DNA from: Octopus vulgaris
Taxonomy: Eukaryota
DNA length: 64,000 bases
Direction: 5' to 3'
Assembly (NCBI GenBank): GCA_951406725.2
Contig: OX597814.1
Location: 35,464,001-35,528,000 of the forward strand
Shown: one piece after another, positions 1 to 11,153 of the stretch
How positions within the stretch are numbered: the first letter of the stretch is position 1
Layout of the letters: every line of letters begins with the position of its first letter
The notes under the pieces: generated by a model
Database searches by the model: none
Told to the model about the DNA's origin: nothing
What the model saw: only the letters and a program-made list of their open reading frames with translations
Program-made: the position numbers and the translations under genes

Positions 1-175
1 AAATTTATCTACAATAATTATTGTGGCATTTACCGTTAAATTAGCAGTTCATACATGTGCTTCTATTTGGTTAATTTATGCTTCATACAAAAATAAAAAC
101 ATACTACATACATACAACTGCTTACAAGATTAGGCATTAATGTTCATAATTTTATATTTACAATATTGAAAAAAT

Positions 176-1146
176 ATGCTACCAAAGAAAAGACGTAATC
201 TCTCCAGAAACAAGTATAAAGCAAGGAGGATTGTAGAAAACCGAAGGCAAGAGTCTGAAAAGAGAAGCTAGATGAAATTTTCTCAAGATCAGCAAATGTA
301 TGTTGCAGCACTTAATACTGGACCATTAAATCAATGTTTCAATGATTAGACAGAGGTTCAATAGAATAGCTCTCAGAAACAGACTACATACAAATTCATT
401 CTTCACAACTCCTGAAGCTATTTTCAGATATGATCCATCCCATTCTTATAAAAATGATAACTTTGTCCAAATTGGTGTGCAAAACACTAATTGTCATTTC
501 TGTAGAGCTTTAAAATTTTCATATGAAACAAATGGTATGTGCTGCTCAGGCACACTACCAGCTCCTTCTCAACCTCTTATGGATCTCCTAGAAGGTACTT
601 CCATCCAGTCAATGGATTTTCTGAACAATATCAGACAATACAACTCTGCATTTCAAATGATATCATTTGGTGCATCTAAGAAGATAGTTAAACATGAATT
701 TATGCTGACATCAAAGTTCAAAGGCAAGTCTATCACCTCATTGGTTCTCTGTTACCCACAAATGAACGACCACAGTTTCTCTAAATTTACTTTGTGAGTG
801 ATGTAGGACAGAAAGCCCGAAGGAGGTGTTAAAATTTCAGAGGAAGGGTCGTATTAGACACAGCGCCGACTGCTGCAAAAGAGTATATCCACTGACAGCT
901 TTGCGGTGCATATGAAAATCACGTAATACCCCCTCCCCCCAATTTTCCTTAACAGGTTATGGCCTGAAATACTCCATATGGATGCATAGTATGTTGCTTA
1001 GTCAAATTAGCGCATCATTTACTCCACAAATGTTTTGTCGTCAAAGCTGCACTTTCCCATATCTACTACTTCAACATAATTGTAATATATTATATACAAA
1101 CTATGCCATCATTTTAATCCCAAGCAATGCTGGGTATCTCTGCTAC
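176..1146 (+). mobile_element. Internally deleted, decayed Helitron (RepHel N-terminal region plus 3' end)
   Basis: ORF 342-797 has CHFCRALKF..E..GMCCSG and FLNNIRQYNSAFQMISFG. After a frameshift it continues KVQRQVYHLIGSLLP..PQFL*IYF, matching the Helitron N-terminal (helitron_like_N) region. The end cccaagcaatgctggg...ctac (1119-1146) is a degraded version of the hairpin plus CTAG seen at 22677-22704. Confidence 0.8.
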
Positions 1147-1180
<34 letters not shown>

Positions 1181-1486
1181 CACATATGGAAAGGTAGAAA
1201 ATGCTAAAATAATTTTATAAAAAACATTTCAGTTATTGAGACTTTTTCAACTGTAAGTATGGAAAACAATTAAATTTTGGAAAAATTAAAAGAAAAGTTT
1301 TTTAAAAGAATGTTTGCATAGTATTCATTTGCAAGGGGTATTTTCCTTGTTTCTGCCTCTCTCTCTCTCTCTTGTTTACTCATGTGGTTTCGAGGTCTAT
1401 ATATATAATATAAAAATAAAAAAAGGTAACACAGCTGGTGTTTAACATTTATGACAGCTGTTTTTATAGAATATACATACACAATG

Positions 1487-1638
1487 GGTTTCTTTCAATT
1501 CCATGTAGCAAATCGACTTACATCGCTTTGGTTCACCCTAGGGCTATAGTAGATCACACTTGCCCAAGATTCCAAGTAGTAGGACTGAGGATGAAACCAG
1601 GTGTTTAGGAAACAAACCTCTCATCCACATAGCCATGC
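1487..1638 (-). mobile_element. SINE family A, degraded 5' half
   Basis: Matches the head region of the copies at 10746 and 16857 (gggctatagtaga..cacttgcccaag..ccacatagcca). Confidence 0.7.
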
Positions 1639-1821
1639 TTGTAATTTAATAATATATAATTCTTGTAGAACATAGTGATATTAGACATTATAAGTACCAG
1701 TTCAAAACAGTAAATAGAACTCCCCACTTCTGAAACATAAACAAGATATCTCGCATTTACTGGATGACCAAATTAAATATGATAATTTGTTTTTTTCTGT
1801 TTAAACACAATTAGATCTTAC

Positions 1822-2110
1822 AGTTCTATATTTAAGAGATGAGGAATTATGTGCATTATTTACATTATTTACATTCAACGGATATTTGTCCACATCTTGT
1901 TTGTTAACACGTTTCAGCAGATATACCCTCCAGCCTTTTTCAGGTGTTTTGGGGAAATTTCGAACCTGGGTTCTCATTCCTAAGGTATTTTTTGATGTTG
2001 TTATTGTTATTGTTATTATTATTATTATTATTATTGTTCAGGTCACTGCTTGGAATCGAACTTGGAATCTTGGGATTAGTAGCCCACGTTCTTAACCACT
2101 ACGCCATATG
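1822..2110 (-). mobile_element. SINE family B (tRNA-headed, hammerhead-bearing), left arm of an inverted pair
   Basis: Reverse complement of 2119-2350. The tRNA-like head is at 2045-2110 and a degraded hammerhead core is at about 1905-1950. Confidence 0.8.
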
Positions 2111-2259
2111 ACTGGGGGTATATGGTGTAGTGGTCAAGAGCGTGGGCTACTAATTCCAAGATTCTGAGTTCGATTCCAAGCAGTGACCTGAACAATAATA
2201 ATAATAATAACATCAAAAAATACTTTAGGAATGAGAACCCAGGTTCGAAATTTCCCCAA

Positions 2260-2305
2260 GACACCTGATGAAGGCTGGCGAGTATATCAGCCGAAACGTT
2301 GTGTT
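2260..2305 (+). ncRNA. Minimal type-I hammerhead ribozyme motif (Penelope-type)
   Basis: gacac-CTGATGA-a-ggctg(gcgagtatat)cagcc-GAAA-cg-TT-gtgtt gives stem I, the conserved core, stem II and a palindromic ACGT stem III. Confidence 0.7.
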
Positions 2306-2413
2306 AACAACAAACAAGATGAGGACAAATATCCGTTGGATGTAAATAATAATAATAGTACTAACATCGAAAAATACCTTAGGAATGAGAACCCAGGTTC
2401 GAAATTTCCCCAA

Positions 2414-2459
2414 GACACCTGAAGAAGGCTGGAGGGTATATCAGCTGAAACGTTGTGTT
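2414..2459 (+). ncRNA. Second tandem minimal hammerhead motif
   Basis: gacac-CTGAAGA-a-ggctg(gagggtatat)cagct-GAAA-cg-TT-gtgtt. Confidence 0.65.
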
Positions 2460-2886
2460 ATCAACAAACCAGATGAGGACACTTTTCTGTTGAATGCAAA
2501 TAATGTAAATAATGCACCATTAGATCTATTGTTATTTCCTGTTTTAAACTGGGGCTTATTATAATTGATATTATTAACAAAACTCATAGCTTATTTATAA
2601 CTTGCAACAAATAAAATTATCAAATATTTTATTAAAATTTTCACTTCTTTAGGTCGTGTTTGTATATGTGTGTTATTGCTTGTCTTTCATGCTTACCACA
2701 AATCATGTTCTCTCATCATGGTTTGAGTCTACTTAGTTTTTAATCAGTTTATCTTTCAGTGTTTTCTCCTTTAACTTCTTTGGCAAAAATTAACATTAAT
2801 GTTACTGAATTTTCTTCTCGTTGTGGATTTAATACATTAAAAATTTATGGTTGGTTCACTACACTCAGTATGTTAGTTCATACATA

Positions 2887-3028
2887 GGTGAATAAACTGT
2901 CTGTATGATGAAGGAGAGAGGAGGAGGAGGATGGGGGAAAATGAAATGCAATAGTGTAACAACAAAGAAAATATACTGAAATCTTCTTTAAAATGTTTTT
3001 GTATTTCCTACTTTAATAATTCTTCTCA
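2887..3028 (+). repeat. Left copy of a long direct repeat flanking a SINE C copy
   Basis: ggtgaataaactgtc...taataattcttctca recurs at 3428-3588, differing mainly in a purine-rich tract. Confidence 0.9.
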
Positions 3029-3427
3029 GGGAAGGCGCAATGGCGCAGTGGATAGGGCAGCGGACTCGTGGTCATAGGATCGCAGTTTCGATTCCCAGAC
3101 CGGGCGTTGTGAGTGTTTATTGAGCGGAAACACCTAAAGCTCCACGATGCTCCGGCAGGGGATGGTGGTGATCCCTGCTGTACTCTTTCACCACAACTTT
3201 CTCTCACTCTTACTTCCTGTTTCTGTTGAACCTGTATTTCAAAGGGCCGGCCTTGTCACTCTCTGTGTCACGCTGAATATCCCCGAGAACTACGTTAAGG
3301 CTACACGTGTCTGTGGAGTGCTCAGCCCTTACACGTTAATTTCACCACGAGCAGGCTGTTCCGTTGATTCGGATCAACCGGAACCCTCGTCGTCATAACC
3401 GACGGATTGCTTCCATCCATCCACTTG
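3029..3427 (+). mobile_element. SINE family C (tRNA-derived head, tail type 1)
   Basis: Box A TGGCGCAGTGG, box B-like GTTTCGATTCCC, the shared central domain (ccacaactttctctcactc) and a (TCCA)n tail. Confidence 0.8.
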
Positions 3428-3588
3428 GGTGAATAAACTGTCTGTATGATGAAGGAGAGAAGAAAAGATGAAGGAGAGGAGGATGAGGAGGATGGGGAAA
3501 ATGAAATGCAATAGTGTAACAACAAAGAAAATATACTGAAATCTTCTTTAAAATGTTTTTGTATTTCCTACTTTAATAATTCTTCTCA
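3428..3588 (+). repeat. Right copy of the long direct repeat flanking the SINE C copy
   Basis: Near-identical to 2887-3028. Confidence 0.9.
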
Positions 3589-4155
3589 CTAAAGCATCTT
3601 TCAATCCTAGGTCTGTTATTCATAAATTTATCATTGAAAATTTCATCTCTTTGCAATACATTTATCACGACTGTCTTTTATAAAGACACATAACTTATAT
3701 TTATCATATCTATTACAAGTCATCGAGATTTCCCAGAATTCCTTCTAGTTATTCATTCATCATGAAAACCTTTCATATCGATTTGGTCACCACACATTTA
3801 CCCAACCAGACACATCTCTATAAAGTTGCACTCACATTTATCATCCAAATATTCCATGAAAATGCTTCAAAATTGCTGCAATTAGCCAGAATAACACTGG
3901 CATTCTGTTTATACATTTCTTCAAGGGTTATTTAACAAAATTTATTGTAACGCTTTGCAAAACTTGGAAGAATTTTAACATTTGTATTATTATCAATGAT
4001 ACCGTGCAGTGGAGCAATTCAGTAATCTTTCTGTTTCACTCTGTCTCTCTTTATCTCTCACTCTCTGCATGTGTATGAGTGTGTGCATATTTGTGTGTAT
4101 GTGTGTATCTTTATGTATGTATGTATATATATATATATATATCTTTATATATATT

Positions 4156-4345
4156 CTTTTATTCATTTACTTGTTTCAATCATTTGATTGTGGCCATGCT
4201 GGAGCACCACCTTTAGACTAACAAATCAACCACAGGACCTATTCACTGTAAGAATCTTTTGCCAAAGTGCTAAGTTACAGGGATGTAAACACACCAACAT
4301 CAGCTGTCAAGCGATGGTGCAGGACAAACACAGACACACACACAC
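4156..4345 (-). mobile_element. SINE family A, 3' half
   Basis: tttacttgtttcaatcatttgattgtggccatgctggagcacc...gacaaacacagac. Confidence 0.75.
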
Positions 4346-4392
4346 ACTCACATTGATACATATATGTGTATATATATACATACATATATATA

Positions 4393-5017
4393 TCATCATC
4401 ATCATTGTTTAACGTCTGTTTTCCGTGCTAGCATGGGTTGCACAGTTTGACTGGGGTCTTGGAAGCCAGGAGGCTACACCAGGCTCCAGTCTGATCTGGT
4501 AGTGTTTCTACAGCTGGATGCCCTTCCTAATGCTAACCACTCTGTGAGTGTAGTGGATGCCTTTTATGTGCCACTGGCACAGGTGCCGGGGGAAGCTGGC
4601 AGCGGCCACGATTGGTTGGTACTTTTTACGTGCCACTGGCATGGAAGCCAGTCAAGGCAGTGCTGGCATCGGCCACGTTTAGATGGTGCTTTTTACATGC
4701 CACAGGCACAGGTATCACAACTACAATTTCCATTTGATATTTATTTTTATGTTGATGTACTTGACTCAATAAGTCTCCTCAAGCACAGCCGGTCACCCTA
4801 CAATCCAAGGTAAGCACAGCAGGTCGTTCTGCAATCCAAGGTACTTTGGATGGGCTGGGGCTGCTATGCGAAACTGGTGCTGGAAACAGCCATGAACTCA
4901 CGTTATTTGCCGGGTCTTTGCAGTCACAGCATATCTCCAGAGATCTCGGTCTTTCGCGATTGCCTCTGTGAGGCCTAGCGTTCAAAGGTCATGCTTGACC
5001 ACCACATCCCATGTCTT
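4393..5017 (-). mobile_element. RTE-clade LINE 3' end (3' UTR plus last codons)
   Basis: (CAT)n tail, the 3' UTR shared with the 48535 copy, and the C-terminal peptide KTWDVVVKHDL. Confidence 0.8.
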
Positions 5018-5065
5018 CCACACACACATATGTATATGTACATATATACATACATACATACATAT

Positions 5066-5099
<34 letters not shown>

Positions 5100-5164
5100 G
5101 TATATATACATACATGCATATACATATATACACACATATACATACACAAATATATTTCTATCTT

Positions 5165-5520
5165 TTCTTTACTTGTTTTAGTCATTAGACTGTGGCCATG
5201 CAGGAGCATCACCTCAACCTGTTTAGTTGAAAATATTGACCCCAATATTTATTGCTTTTTTACCAGTCTGATACTATTAGTCTCTCATTTGCTGAACTAC
5301 AAAGTTATGGGAAGGTAAACAAACCAACAAATATAGTCAAGTGGTAGTAGTGGGGAAACAAACATGAACACAAGGACATACACATATATACAAATACTTA
5401 CACACATTTATGTAAACATGATGGGCTTCCATACAGGTTTTGTCTACCAGACTCACTCACAAAGCATTGATTAACCCAGGCACACCTGGGTACTGCACAT
5501 TGAAACAACCTAAGACTGTG
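5165..5520 (-). mobile_element. SINE family A, old degraded copy
   Basis: tttacttgttttagtcattagactgtggccatgc...gggcttcc...actcactcacaaagc. Confidence 0.6.
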
Positions 5521-5608
5521 TGTGTGTGTGCATGTGTTTTTTTTATGGTCAGTTATAACAAAAAAATTTACTTGTAAAGTAAAAATTTATTTTTCTCAAA
5601 GAAAAAAG

Positions 5609-5732
5609 TGTAGGAGTGGCTGTGTGGTAAGTAGCTTGCTTACCAACCACTGTGTGGCACCTTGGATAAATGTTTTCTACTATAGCCTCGTATACTGTAT
5701 ACTGAAAGAAGCCCATCGTATATATGTATGTG

Positions 5733-5763
<31 letters not shown>

Positions 5764-5988
5764 ATATGTTTGTGTGTCTGTGTTTGTCCCCCAACATTGC
5801 TTGACAACCGATGCTGGTGTGTTTATGTCCACATAACTCACATAACTTAGTGGTTCAGCAAAAGAGATCGATATAATAAGTACTAGGCTTACAAAGAATA
5901 AGTCCTGGGGTCAATTTGCTCGACTAAAGGTGGTGTTCCAGCATGGCCACAGTCAAATGACTGAAACAAGTAAAAGAGTAAAAGAGAA
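5609..5988 (+). mobile_element. SINE family A with internal deletions
   Basis: ggagtggctgtgtggtaagtagcttg head, internal (TA)/(TG) tract and gtaaaagag tail. Confidence 0.8.
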
Positions 5989-6106
5989 TATTGACTGTGA
6001 CATCAAAGTTTTGGGCAATTAAGCCATTGTCTGACAATGGCCTAAAACTTCAGTCACTATCAATTATATTCTTGCTTAAGAATAATATAATATATATATA
6101 TATATA

Positions 6107-6530
6107 TCATCATCATCATCATTTTTAAATGTCGGTTTTCCATGCTGGCATGGGTTGGACAATTTGAGTAGAGCTGGTAAACTGGGAAGCTGCACCAGGC
6201 TCAAGTCTGATTTAGCTTGGTTTCTATAGCTGGATGCTCTTCCTAACACCAACCACTTTACAATGTATGCTGGGTGCTTTTTATGTAGTGCTGACAAGGG
6301 CACTCTTTACATGGTACCGGCATGGCTAACACACACGTATATCATCATCATCATCCTCCTCATCATCATCAGTTTAAGTCCTTGTTCAAATGCTGGATTA
6401 TTTAACAGGATCACATGAGCTACAGGACAACACTGAGTTCCTATATCAGCTTTGGCATGGTATCTATGGCTGGATGCCCTTCCTAATGCCAGTGACTTCA
6501 CTGTGTGTACAGGGGGGATTTATCTTAGCA
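6107..6530 (-). mobile_element. Two degraded RTE 3' UTR fragments
   Basis: (CAT)n followed by ttccatgctggcatgggttggac and ctggatgcccttcctaatgcc. Confidence 0.6.
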
Positions 6531-6715
6531 GTGACACTAATGAGATCACTGAGTAACTTGCATGACAAGAAAAGAAAAGGACCTCCTCAACATGGTGGAT
6601 GTGTATCTGAGAGATGGGGCAGTGGCTTTATGCCGGGTGTTGAAGGTTAAAGTATGATAGATGGACAAGCATGCATGTCTTGCTAGAGAGGAGTGAACAT
6701 TAAATGATGATGATG

Positions 6716-7084
6716 ATGTAATTAAATGATTCTCAACCACATGGTTCTGGGTTCACAATGGGTAAGTCTTTAGAGCCAACCAAAGTCTTGTGAGTAGATT
6801 TGGTAGATAGAAACTGAAAGAAGCCTGCCATTCATATATATATATATATGTATGTATGTATGTATGTGTATGTATTTGTGTGTCTGTGTTTGTTGCCCCA
6901 CCATCACTTGACAATCAAAGCTGATGTGTTTACATCGCCATTATCTAGCAGATCAGCAAAAGAGACTGATAGAATAAGTACTAGGCTTACAAAGAATAAG
7001 TCGTGTGGTTGACTTGTTCAAATGAAGGTGGTGCTCCAGCATGGCCACAGTCACATGATTGAAACATGTAAAAGAATAAAAGAA
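6716..7084 (+). mobile_element. SINE family A, degraded
   Basis: gtgagtagatttggtagatagaaactgaaagaagcc...gctccagcatggccacagtc. Confidence 0.7.
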
Positions 7085-8959
7085 TATGATGATGCTGACA
7101 TTTTGGCATTAAAATTTGGTGAGCTATGAGAGGAATGTTGTAGATGTAACTTAGATTTTTAGCAAGTCATTAGCGTATAGCAATTTTACCGAGAAGTTAA
7201 AGGTTTGAGCAGAAAGTAGAATAACTTTTTCTGAAACCATGCTGTTTGTAGTCAAAATTATCATACATTTATGGAAACTTTACTAGATTTGCCAAGCTAA
7301 AATGTGTTTAGAAAGTTTGAAAAAGTGCTAGTGTGCAAATGGGTAGCAAGTTATTGAAGTCATTAATAACCTTTACATCTGAGCGAAAATGTAATTTTTA
7401 ACATTTTGTTTTAAAACTCCAGTAATATTATTAGAATATTAAAAAAAAAAGGCTTAGTTATAAAATGTAATTATATTTGATGAAAGCAATGATTTTTCAT
7501 TACATACAGAAGATATTTTACTCTTCAGATAAACATATAATTAGATAGTGGGAGTTATTGACATCATAAAGATGTATGTTATGTAACTCCCTTTAACACA
7601 CTGGCCAAATAACTTTGCAGAATATTGAACTTTACAGACATTTTCTTCTGTTTGTGCTTTGTTTGTATGTAGAACCACATTCTCCAATGACTCCTTCCCT
7701 TTTTAAGGCAGTAGAATTTAATTTGAAGATGATTTAGCTGTTATTTCTATTAGTTCAAGCAACTATATAGGGGTTTCCTTATTGGTGCAAGAAGCTTCTT
7801 TGTTTCCTCAAATTTCGTCATGGAATAAATTGAGTACTGTGAATATTCTAGTTAAACATAACCAAATTTTTTGTAGAAGATGAACAAGATGGCAAAATAT
7901 TTATGTCTTTCTTCTGTTAAGAATTTTATGTTCAATGTAGTGGTTTATTTGGCTGTATGTCCATGTCCATCTAGCTTTCCAGTATAATATTAAAAAAAAA
8001 AATTCATTGAATATATTTTTGTAACTTTTGAAGATGATAGAGCCAAATGATAGCTGCAAACTCTTTCTGAAGCATGCTTGTGTGTGTGTGTGTGTGTGTG
8101 TGTTCTACCACATCAAATAGCAGTTATATGTTCTTGCTCATTAATATCTACCAGCCTCAGTTCCTCAGTTTTCCTTTCATCAGATATTAGTGGATATTTC
8201 TAACAAAAAAAGGAAAGAAAGAGTTACGTTTTATGTGTGAAAATTTGAAAATTACCTTTAAATTTCAATCAAATCATATGGCATAATCACTGCAACCTTC
8301 AGTTAAAAAATATAACATTTATCATATGATTTATATTTTCTACTCATCAACTTCATTTCCAAAGACTCATGCCAAACTAGCTTGTCATTCCTCTATACAC
8401 CCTATATTTTATCACAGGAAAGGTGAATGATATAATTAATATACAAATGTATAAACGTTTTGAAAAGTAAATGAAAGAATAAATGTGTATATAAATAAAC
8501 GAGAAAGAAAAAAAAATGTAGGAATAAAAAAATCATAACATATCAGAAAATATTTTGTGATGTATCAAAGTTAATTTTCGCTTTTACAAAATTTTATGAT
8601 GTGGTTTGATGTAAGGTAATTTACAGCTTGTAAATTACAGAAATGATATCAAAGGAACTATAATAAAGCATTTAGAATTCCAGCAGTGACCTATCTTATA
8701 ACATTGAGATCAGTCCTTCTTAAAGAAATGAATACTTCTATATAAAATCAAATATTGCTATAAAATTTGGTAGAAAACTTTCTTTATGTGATTTTTTTTA
8801 TATGGTTTATATGATTCAGAGTGGTACAATAGCTATGTTGATACAGCAATATACTACCTTCTTATTGGTATTGGTTTCACATCCACTGCAGACTTTTTCT
8901 AATTGTTTAGTCTGGGTCCAATCAGAACAAAGACTCATATAGTGATGGGTATTCCAGCT

Positions 8960-9535
8960 ATTTTAATTTTTAATTTAATTTTTATTGGCTCAAAAATCAG
9001 AAGCAAGGCCATGTAGGGGGACAGGGAGCTATGTACTGGGAGGATGGTTATACAAAGCGTTCAGGCTATTTCTGGTCAAGAGAGACTTTGAACTGAGCGG
9101 TTGTCGGCATCTTCACTATCTCGTCCGGCAGCTTATTCCACGGATCCACAACCCGGACGGAGAAAGCCCCTCTCCTTCGATTGAGATGAAATCGTCGTAG
9201 ATAGAGCTTTTTGGAGTGACCCCACAGCCCCCGCTCTGGAGCAGGAGTGAAGAACAACTCTTTTGAGAGGTTACACTTTCTGCTTATGATGTTGTGAGCG
9301 AGAATGAGATCACCACGGCGTTGTCGTTTTTCAAGAGAAAAAAGTTTGAGCGTCTTCAGCCTTTCTTCATAAGACAAATGCTTGAGACCAAGAACCATGC
9401 GGGTAGCCAGCTTCTGGACTCTTTTGAGATGGTGTATGTCTTTGAGCAGATAAGGAGAAGAGGCTTGAATCCCGTACTCCAATATGGGTCTCACCAACAT
9501 GACATAGAGCGGTAGGAATATGGCTGCTGTGAGCT
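8960..9535 (-). mobile_element. CR1-clade LINE 3' fragment (RT C-terminus)
   Basis: ORF 9066-9500: LVRPILEY...RVQKLATRMV.GLKHLSYEERL..L.LFSLEKR.RRGDLI...AFSVRVVDPWNKLP. A short-unit AT-rich tail lies at about 8960-8985. Confidence 0.85.
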
Positions 9536-10745
9536 ATGAGCATTCTGGGATTTTTTAAGGGCTCTATTAGGGCTGTATTACCTCATATTATTGAAAAATG
9601 ATGTGGCTTCTAAGTTGAACAACATCATTGAATCTCCATTGTTCCAAGTATTTTGTTGCCTTTGAGTTATTCCACTTAATTCTTCTAGTTTGCCATTCAC
9701 ATGTTGCATAAGGATATGTTATATATCATCAGGTAAAATTATCCACAGCAGATTGGCCATTATAGAGGTAGAACCAGAGAGAGAGAAGGAGAGAGAGAGA
9801 GAAGGAGAGAGAGAGAGAAGGAGTGAGTAAGAAAGAAAGAAAGGGAGAGCTTACCTAAGGGCCAGATAGGAGCACACCTGTAAATGTTTTTATGTCAATC
9901 AGTTAAGTCACTGGATGTGATCTAGAATGCACAGAAAAGATGAAAGTTGGATTTTTTTTAAAAATGTGTGCAACAATCCAAGTAGAAGGAGTTGTAGATG
10001 AAATGGCAGAAGTAAAGCTGGGAAGAAGTGGTGATGTTTGATCAAAGTGATTTCGGAATCTTATGGAGAAGAAAAAGAATTGTGAGAAGCTGAGAGAGGT
10101 CATGCTGGAGCAAACATCATTAACTGATGCCAGTGCAAAAAAGTAGATGATGATGATGAGGAGGATATGATGGAGGAAGAAGGAAAAGAGCAAAAGTCAT
10201 GATGATCTTTATCGGAATTTTCATACAAAGTTTCTTATAAAATTTGTGTTATAACTTGCGTAACAACTGAAGGCTTCATGGTTGCACATATATTATTTAC
10301 ATTTTTCTCTCGAAAGAACTGCTGGTTTCTATGATGGTTCTGTCTTTGTTGATGATAACTATCATCATGATCTTTATAATGCTGCTGCTACTGTTGATGC
10401 TGATGATAATGATGATGACCCTTGTAAAAGTAATGCAGTGGATAATTACTGACCAATTTCCTGTCTACCTGCTGATGTGAAAGTTGATGACAGGAATAAT
10501 ATCTAATTGTGTGTATGCCTTCCTTGAAGTGAATGACAAGCTACTGGTGAAACAGAAGATATGCAGGAAAAAAAAACTGAAGGACAATAGATCAACTTCT
10601 GACAGAGTTAAGCTAAGTTAGGTCACTTTTAGGCCCTCATTATTTAACCATTTTTAACCATTTCTCAAACTATGCATGAATGCATAGCTTGAAGAATAAC
10701 TCCAGCATCTTGAAGGTAATCTCTCTTAAGTTCAGTGTAATGACT

Positions 10746-10948
10746 TACTCTTACTCTTTTACTCTTTTACTTGTTTCAGTAATTTGACTGTGGTCATGCT
10801 GGAGCACCGCCTTTAATCGAGCAACTTGACCCCGGGACTTATTCTTTGTAAGCCCAGTACTTATTCTGTCGGGCTCTTTTGCCGAACCGCTAAGTGACGG
10901 GGACATAAACACACAAGCATCGGTTGTCAAGTAATGCTAAGGGGACAA

Positions 10949-10980
<32 letters not shown>

Positions 10981-11153
10981 TTATATATATACGACGGGCT
11001 TCTTTCAGTTTCCGTCTACCAAATCCACTCACAAGGCTTTGGTCAGCCCAAGGCTATAGTAGAAGGCACTTGCCCAAGGTGCCACGCAGTGGGACTGAAC
11101 CCGGAACCATGTGGTTGGTAAACAAGCTACTTACCACACAGCCACTCCTGCGC
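10746..11153 (-). mobile_element. SINE family A, full length
   Basis: On the minus strand: box A TGGCTGTGTGG, box B GGTTCAGTCCC, CORE-like ccttgggcaagt, an internal microsatellite and a (GTAAAAGA)n tail. Confidence 0.9.

Larger units (their letters stand above)
2119..2517 (+). mobile_element. SINE family B, right arm, with a tandemly duplicated 154-nt 3' unit
   Basis: Box A TGGTGTAGTGG and box B GAGTTCGATTCC, then (AAT)n, then two tandem units beginning aacatc(a/g)aaaaatac at 154-nt spacing. Confidence 0.8.
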
